DNA from: Atractiella rhizophila
Taxonomy: Eukaryota
Reading direction: 5' to 3'
NCBI GenBank assembly: GCA_021432655.1
Contig: MU271420.1
Location: 1 to 54,749, forward strand
Length of the DNA stretch: 54,749 nt
Position numbers and translations under genes: made by a program. Position 1 is the first letter of the stretch, and each line of letters begins with the position of its first letter. Positions 47,893 to 54,749 of this stretch are shown piece by piece. The notes beneath the pieces were generated by a model, which was not told the origin of the DNA, did not search any database, and saw only the letters and a list, made by a program, of their open reading frames with translations.

Positions 47893-50140
47893 TTAATGTC
47901 TCTTCTTAACGTATACTTCCAATGGAGGATTGGTCATTGCCAAAAAGTCCCTGCTGCTGTTCAGAAACTTGTCCTCGATGAAACCATCTGAAAGTTTGAA
48001 CTCAAAGTGTTTCAGCAAGACCACCAACACAGTGCGAAGCTCCTCCATTGCAAGACTCTTCCCGATACAGGAATAGGCACCTACAGAATATTTCCTCACC
48101 TGTGAACGACCACATGAATGGATAACTCACCAGAGCTGAAGGGCACGGAAGCTTTTGCTTCAAATGTTTCCTCCTCAGGACGCGAGGACAACCACCTCTG
48201 AGGTCGAAACTCATCAGGGTGATCGAAATATCTCTCATCTCTCGCAACTGCATAGAATGGAACGCAAACGGTGGTTCCAACGGATATAAACCGTCCATCG
48301 ATCAGTAGCGGAGTATCGACAATCTCTCGTGGCAGGCCAGAGCTAACTGTGGGATTTAATCGCTGCGATTCGTTGATCACCGCTGTGAGGAGAGGAAGGG
48401 AACCTGTAATGTTGTTGAATAGACAAGACTCTGTGACAGAATAAGACAGACGAAGGTTTTGCAAAGAAATGTCGTCAATCTCTTTGTCTGGAAATGCGGA
48501 ATCAATTTCAGCCTGCAGTTTGCTGAGCCAGCCGGACTGAAGGAGCGCGTAGAAGAGGTATGTTAAGGTGATCGCAGTTGTTTCTCCTCCTGCATAACTA
48601 CATTAGTATTTCAATATGCATGGAACTTTGGCAAACCAGCAATTATTGCTAAAGCAGCGTCATTGTACAGAGAGTATTCGTCAATGTTCTTCCGCTGTTT
48701 ACTTCCTTCGTTCTCCTCGTCTAGCTGGCCATTCACACATCAAATGACCATGAGCGTCAAGGAGAAGGAACCCACTAGAAAGTAATAAAGATCCTTGAAT
48801 GAATCAGCATTTCTGTTCGTCCTCTTTTTCACCAGCTCTTCAGCCTTCCATCGCAGCCCGGGTTGGATCAGTGGACTGGGGAAGCAGAGAGAATAACGGG
48901 AGGAGAAATTGCATGTGTCCTAGTGCTTTGACGAGTCGCATGAGCAGACCTATGTCTCGTAGGTAGCCATTCTTGTCTTCCCCGTCACGCATGAGGGTGA
49001 AACCTCCGGAGAACGTGAGTTCGCTATCGAAATTCGTCAAAGCGAAAGAAAGTTAGGGTGGTACAAAGACGAACCCCATGACGTCGACCTAAGAGGTGAT
49101 TTATCTTTTTCTCCTCACAATGTTGAACATGGAAAGAAGGGACATACCTGAAAGAAACTAAACCAATCGGACAAGCAAATGGGTCCATCTTCAGATAAGC
49201 GTTCCAGATGATGTACGAGCTCAGAGAGTTTTGCTCTCAGTATGGGTCGAAAACGCGCGAGACTTTTTGTTTCGAATTTTGTCAGATATCTGGAAATATG
49301 TTGAAAGAAGCGCACCCTTCGATCCCTAGCAAAGGTTCCCACATCCTCCTCCTTTCAGAATGAGGTCCCTTCTCGCGCATACCCATGAGACCTGAGAAGT
49401 GTTATGACAGGAACAGAACGGGAATCAAGAAGTAATCGAACTTACTCTTGACTCCGGGATGCTTGGGATCGTCCAGAGCATCGTACCTACTTTCATCCTT
49501 GGCAAGGGGCTATTATGTGATAAGAAACCTGGACGTACCAATTGCTCCTTTTCACATTAGCTTTGTACGAATAGACCTCCTTTAAAGCGTCCACACTCCG
49601 TATGGAGAGGTGGTTGGGGCCTATTGCATTCTCTCAGATATTGATCACCGATAAAGACATAGAAGCGTACCAATCCTGACAAAATCACCGTACTTTTCGT
49701 GCAGCTCTTTCATGTCCCATCTCTCTGTCCCTTTGACAGCCTGAGGAAGGTACCACCACATGTTGAGTTTCGCCAGCTTTGGTCCTGGGAAAGGGGCGAG
49801 TGGATGAAGGGGCGAAAGTCGATAGAGGAACACTGCCGTGAAAACAAAGCACAAATAAAGTGCATACGAGAGCCAGAAGGAAGCAAGTTGTGGGAGATTG
49901 GGAAAGGCATGGTCAGTTAAGACTGACAGATAGTGGGATAGTATCGGCCATAGGACAATAATTGCTCGATAATATGGATATGAGAGGTAGATGTACTGCC
50001 ATAGCACAACTGCGTCAGCTATTACCTTGCAGAGACGGGAGCCGTATAGAATGTTCACGCACATTTAGAGATAGGGAGATACAGACCACAGCACCCAGCT
50101 TCTCCCACTGAAACATCATGGTCACAGTAGAGGCCATCAT
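47893..50140 (-). CDS. Cytochrome P450; multi-exon, apparently intact
   Basis: YRLSPLHPLAPFPGP, LHEKYGDFVRIGPNHLS, I-helix AIIAGGETT, K-helix INESQRL, FRPQRW, and heme motif PFSSG|AYSCIGKSLA. Confidence 0.92.
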
Positions 50141-51405
50141 GTTCCATCGGATGCCGTTCCCCAATCATACCTTATAACATGCCGTTATACTTTCACCTAT
50201 CTCTGGATAATTTGAGGGAAAATTCCCCATTGAGTAAAGAAAGACGTTGCTGTTCGTCTTGTAACCCTAATTTCGCCATCCCCTCCGTACCTCGACGTCC
50301 TTCTCCAGATCTTCATCTGCGTGTTCTCCGTCACCGTAAGCTAATCCAAATTTGCATGGACAGTGATTCGGTGGTGTGGGGGTATTGACCATTGAAAGCG
50401 GCCATAGGGAGGGGGGTGTAGAGTTGAGAAGCGAGGATGGAAGATCCGGCGCAGAAACTCACTGTAGTCGAAGTTTGGGAGGGAGTACCTGAGAATGTGT
50501 TTGAAAAGTGTTTTCCAGTGCCGATTTCAAATGCAGTTGGACTGCACAGGTGCTCATCTATTGTGGGAAACAGAGTAGGAATAGATAGGTACAAGCACAA
50601 GCACGAAGCATTCAAACACCTATTGGTAAGTATAGGCAGCGAGATAGCCATAACCGACTCGGAATGAACTTTGCCTGGAAAAGTCATCTCTTCTTCGGTT
50701 TAAACAAGCAGAAGCTGCAAAGAAAGAAAGAAGGAAGAGAGAAGTCCACACCAACGAATAATGAAGCGGCGTTACAGGAAATCCAAGTAGAGGGGATTAT
50801 CTCTTATTACCATGAAGCGTGTTTGCCATAGATCACTTTCAGGCCCATTTTCCCGTTTTCATATTCGGTCCACCTGATATAAAGGAATGAGCTTCACTTT
50901 CTGACGCCTCTGCGTTATACTACTAGTCGGTAGATGTGTGGTGTAGACACAGGGAGATTGAGCATTTATGACGCCTGACGGCCTGACGAGCAAGTCGAAA
51001 CTGAACAAACGCAACGCACCAAGATCCCACCAATCATGTCGCGACTTTACGGCTTTCACAATTGCAACACTGTTCAAATCTCCATCGTCTTAACATTTGC
51101 AAATGTTGAGGCTGTTGAGGCCTTCGAAGAGTTGGAGACAAATGACATGGCTGCAAATGAGGCTTCCAATGATTGTCGGAACATATTACCTTTTCAGGCA
51201 ATCTCCGGTTCATCGAGGGTGGCTTGAAACGAAACATCATCGAGACTCGCCACGGATCAAAGTGACGAATTTGGTGCATCATGAATAGGAGGCTGTGGAA
51301 ATCTCAGGACAAGTGTAGGATTCTTGGGGAGACGTGGATGTATTGTAAGCTCTTTATGTGAAGTGGTAACATTGCTCCGTTATCAATTGGCTTTCTATCC
51401 TGAAT

Positions 51406-53486
51406 CTAAAATACATTTGAGATTTTGTCTTGCTCTTTCAACCATCCGTCCAACTTTCCAATCATTCTCCAAGCCGATCCATTTTCCCTGGCGCTGTCGA
51501 AGAAAACTTTTCCCCACCCTTCCACTGTTGTTCTCATTTTCCTCCCTTCTTCTCCTTTCAGAATTAGCTTCAGGGCATTTTTCAATTCTTGTGCTCTGCT
51601 CTCGTCACTTTGGTCGATTGTCGTATGCTCTGCCCCCGTTACGAGATCTGGACGAAAGGCGATTGTGTTTTGGGGACCAGTGCGGAACTGTAGAAGCTCG
51701 ATTCCCACTTTGAGGTTCAAGGACAGATGGAGAGCAGTCAGGGGCTCTGTGTATAGGGGATCAATTCGATGAGCATGCCTAGGACCAAATGACTGACGGT
51801 CTCCTCCAAAAGGAAGGACGATCATCGGAATCCCACAAAGCATCGTTTCCATGACCCCGTTGAGGCCGCCGTGCGTCAGGAACGCACCGATAGCCTTTGC
51901 TCATTCTTGATTATATATGATTTTGCGGAAGATAACAAGTTGCGCACCTCGTGTCTTAATACTCTCGTTTGATCGACCCATTTGCTAAATCTTCCCTTTC
52001 CTGACTTCTCTGCCATTTTCTGCAGCTCCGGATCTACGGAGGCAGCTGGCGAAGCAGTCGCGAAAAGGAAAGGTGTGGGAGGATCGAGCGATAGCAATGT
52101 CGTGACGATAGTACGCACGATTTCAGGCGTTGTGATCCTGCATCCCCTTGTCATTAAAAGTACAGTGTGGAAATGAGAAACAGCACGGCCAAACTATGGA
52201 GCCAAAGCTCACATATACCACGCTTCGCTTTCCATATTTCGCCTGCATGTCGTCCAGGTATTCGATGTTAAAATCCGGCTCTGCGTCCTGTTGATCGTTC
52301 ACTCCAATGTGAGCAAAGGCAGGTGGAATTCCTGTGACATGCTGTGGCAGTGAGTTCCAGGTAGACGGCGCCAGCTGAGGACCAATAAGGAAGAGCGGTT
52401 TCTTCCCTTCCTTTCCATGGATGCGCAACCCTGCCTTGAGCCCCGCAGGAGGCTCCTATTCAACATATGAACTGCCTGCGCGTACTCAGTGAGACTGGTC
52501 CGACTTACGAACTCTTCAATGCTGTGAATGATCAAGGCGTCACTCTCATTGCTCAGTCTGAGCATTTCGGGGAGCGCCTCAGCTACTATCCGGCTTTCTA
52601 AAATCGCTTGTGGAGCTTGTTCGAATTCATATCGATCTGGAAATCCTGGGTATCGATGCATACCATCTTTGAACCGTGGATTGTTCCGCATCATCTACGA
52701 ACCGTCTCGTCAATCGATTAGACAGACAAAGAGAGCAAAACCGACAGTATCCATTATTCCGATCAAGTCTTGCTCAGAAGGATTAGAGGAAGTCGAGACC
52801 AAAGCCTGGGCGTCAGCAGGGACGTTGCCCATTCCTCCATCTTCTGGTCCCGCTGGCGTCCTGTATAGCTTTCATTCTGAGGAAATCTCCGAGGAGCAGA
52901 CCACATACTGGGTCCATCCATAGAGGCTGGTGCTAATGAAATCAACGACTTTGAGGATGTGCAATCCTTCCTCTTTCAATCGTATCCCCCAAGCTCCTCC
53001 CATGCAATCCTCGAAAATGACACAAGGCTTTCTCACAGCGATTCCGAAGTCGTGTATCACTCCATTTACATCTTCAAAAGTTGTCTCTTTCTCTACAGAG
53101 TGCAGAACGCGGCGAAGCGTACTTCCAAGATCTCTCTGTGCAGCGGAAAGGAGATTGAGAGGTACTCCCGGTTCTGGTGGATCAGATGCATTTGCTGCGA
53201 TGAGGCGAAGTGATTTGCATTGGGTAGGAGAGAGATACCACTTGTCAATTTCACGATTCGCCTGCTCGAGGAGGAAGGGTGAGAGAATAATGCTGATGGT
53301 GTAGTCAGGGAAGCGGAGGAGGAGACTACAGCTCAAAGCGATGAGACAGCGGCAGTGTCCCTTTTATTATTTCATCATTATCTGTTCAATATGGAGAGAG
53401 CAATCAAAGGAAGAACTTGCCCAGAGTGGAATGGTAGTACATAGAATATGCGGGCCTGTTTTGGGAACGGAGTCGGGAGGTCCCAT
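51406..53486 (-). CDS. UDP-glycosyltransferase (GT1 family); multi-exon
   Basis: N-terminal HILCTTIPLW|GH (catalytic His position, joined across a GC-AG intron), SVVYVSFGS, and PSPG-like box KWVDQTRVLRHE|AIGAFLTHGGLNGVMETMLCGIPMIVLPFGGD|QP. Confidence 0.92.
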
Positions 53487-54749
53487 GCTTGGACAGCTGA
53501 GTGCTTGGCTGAGTGCGGCTGAGCTACAAGTAGGATGAAGTCCATCATAGTCGCGTTAAGTTCTTCCGCACTTTTATAGAACAGCTGTAGAAAGCCGTGA
53601 AGTCCGAGGACGCCCCAACGAAGGGTAAGTATATGCTAACCATCGGGTCCTCAAAACTATTCCGCTAGTCCGACGGAGGACCCTAGCACTTTTCGCTTGA
53701 TATTCTTTCAAATCCGCACGCTTGCTCTGATTTTCTTCGCGTGTATACGACGTTAAAGCAGATAACTGGCAGGGGCAGAGAGAAGGCCCAAAAGTTTTCA
53801 TCAAAACCGCAGAAGCTACTACAACGGGACGGGAGGTTTGAGACGGCCTCGGTGCCAGGACTAAGTTTTCTTGGTAGTCAGTTTCAATGCTGTACCAGCG
53901 CCGGGATGGAGTCGGTCCGTACGTCGCCGCACGGTTAGGTAAGGTTTTAGCCATTTACCCACAAACGGAAGCCGAGAGTTAGAACAACTGCGACGCGGTG
54001 GTTTGTACAGGAGGGTTTATGTCGTACCAACCCCCTTACAAAACTCTAGCACTTGCTGAGGTTCGCGCAGGCGGTGAAGAGGGAAGAGCGGTTTTCGTCG
54101 ATCGTCGGAGAGCTCCCATCACATCTCTAGTCGGACTCTAAACTCTTTCTTCAAAAGTTACCGTCTACCTAACCGTAAACCAAGTGGTTGTCGCTATTTT
54201 AACTAGCGCGTCCTCTCTAAGACCCTTGAGTTGAGGACGAGTTCAAAGCCATGATTAAGTGGAACCCGGTTCTTCCACTGTACCATAGGCTTGTTCAAAC
54301 GTTGACAGCGTCGCTCTAACTCTTCACCGGCACGTACTGGGATTGTTCAAACGTCCGAGACAATTGCAGAGTTTCCCTATACGCGTACTTACGAATGGGT
54401 CGATCCTCACGTTTGCTGTTACTAGGGAGAGGCTAAGTCCGACCTGTATAACTATCCGTATCCGGTTGATCATAAGTCGCATGCAGAGAGCGAAACAAGT
54501 ATATGAAGGGTAGAAAAATGTTTGGCTCTATGAGGGTGCGGAAGATGATGTAGGAACGACTTCTACAAGCGCGTCTTCTTTCCGATTAAAGCCAATTTCT
54601 AGAGCTCCCTTCGCTGGTGGCTATCTCCTCCGCCGCCTCCTACGTGAAGCGTTTGGAACCTATAAATGTTCCCTCGAGGGGTGCCCCTTCTCACTTCTAG
54701 GCGTGACATCAGCCCGTTAGAGGATTATTCGCGAACTAAGATTCTCCCT

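Noticed and set aside
50262..50270. TAACCCTAA, identical to a fungal telomerase RNA template
   Set aside because: A single 9-mer is expected by chance in a window this size, and no supporting pseudoknot or CR4/5-like structure could be identified by eye.
53586..54708. Possible solo LTR (TG...TGACA ends) in the non-coding tail
   Set aside because: No exact target-site duplication, PBS, PPT or second copy in the window, and no gag/pol similarity in ORF 53574-53954.

Overview
Eukaryotic, intron-dense fungal DNA, most likely a basidiomycete (inferred from short GT-AG introns, CTRAC-like branch sites and protein motifs). Housekeeping genes in order: 5' end of a GBF1/Gea2-type Sec7 ARF-GEF, DCAF11/WDR23, class II DAHP synthase, a PPR-like protein, Nop6, a CCCH zinc-finger protein, ORC4, MND1, PIG-M/GPI14, SED5, a tandem-GFA protein, two F-box-like proteins and FAM32A. 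Three non-routine blocks stand out. (1) A ~9 kb CACTA/EnSpm-type transposon (~8.0-17.3 kb) with an apparently intact spliced transposase, a divergent unknown partner gene and AGCAC(CT) subterminal repeats. (2) A nested tandem duplication/partial triplication of ORC4-3'/MND1/PIG-M-3' (26.9-34.5 kb), mixing identical and decayed sectors, with an F-box gene wedged inside. (3) A co-oriented UbiA-type terpene-cyclase-like gene, cytochrome P450 and UDP-glycosyltransferase (46.2-53.5 kb), the best candidate here for an undescribed terpenoid-glycoside pathway. All gene models were spliced by eye, so exon boundaries and family assignments need HMM and RNA-seq confirmation.
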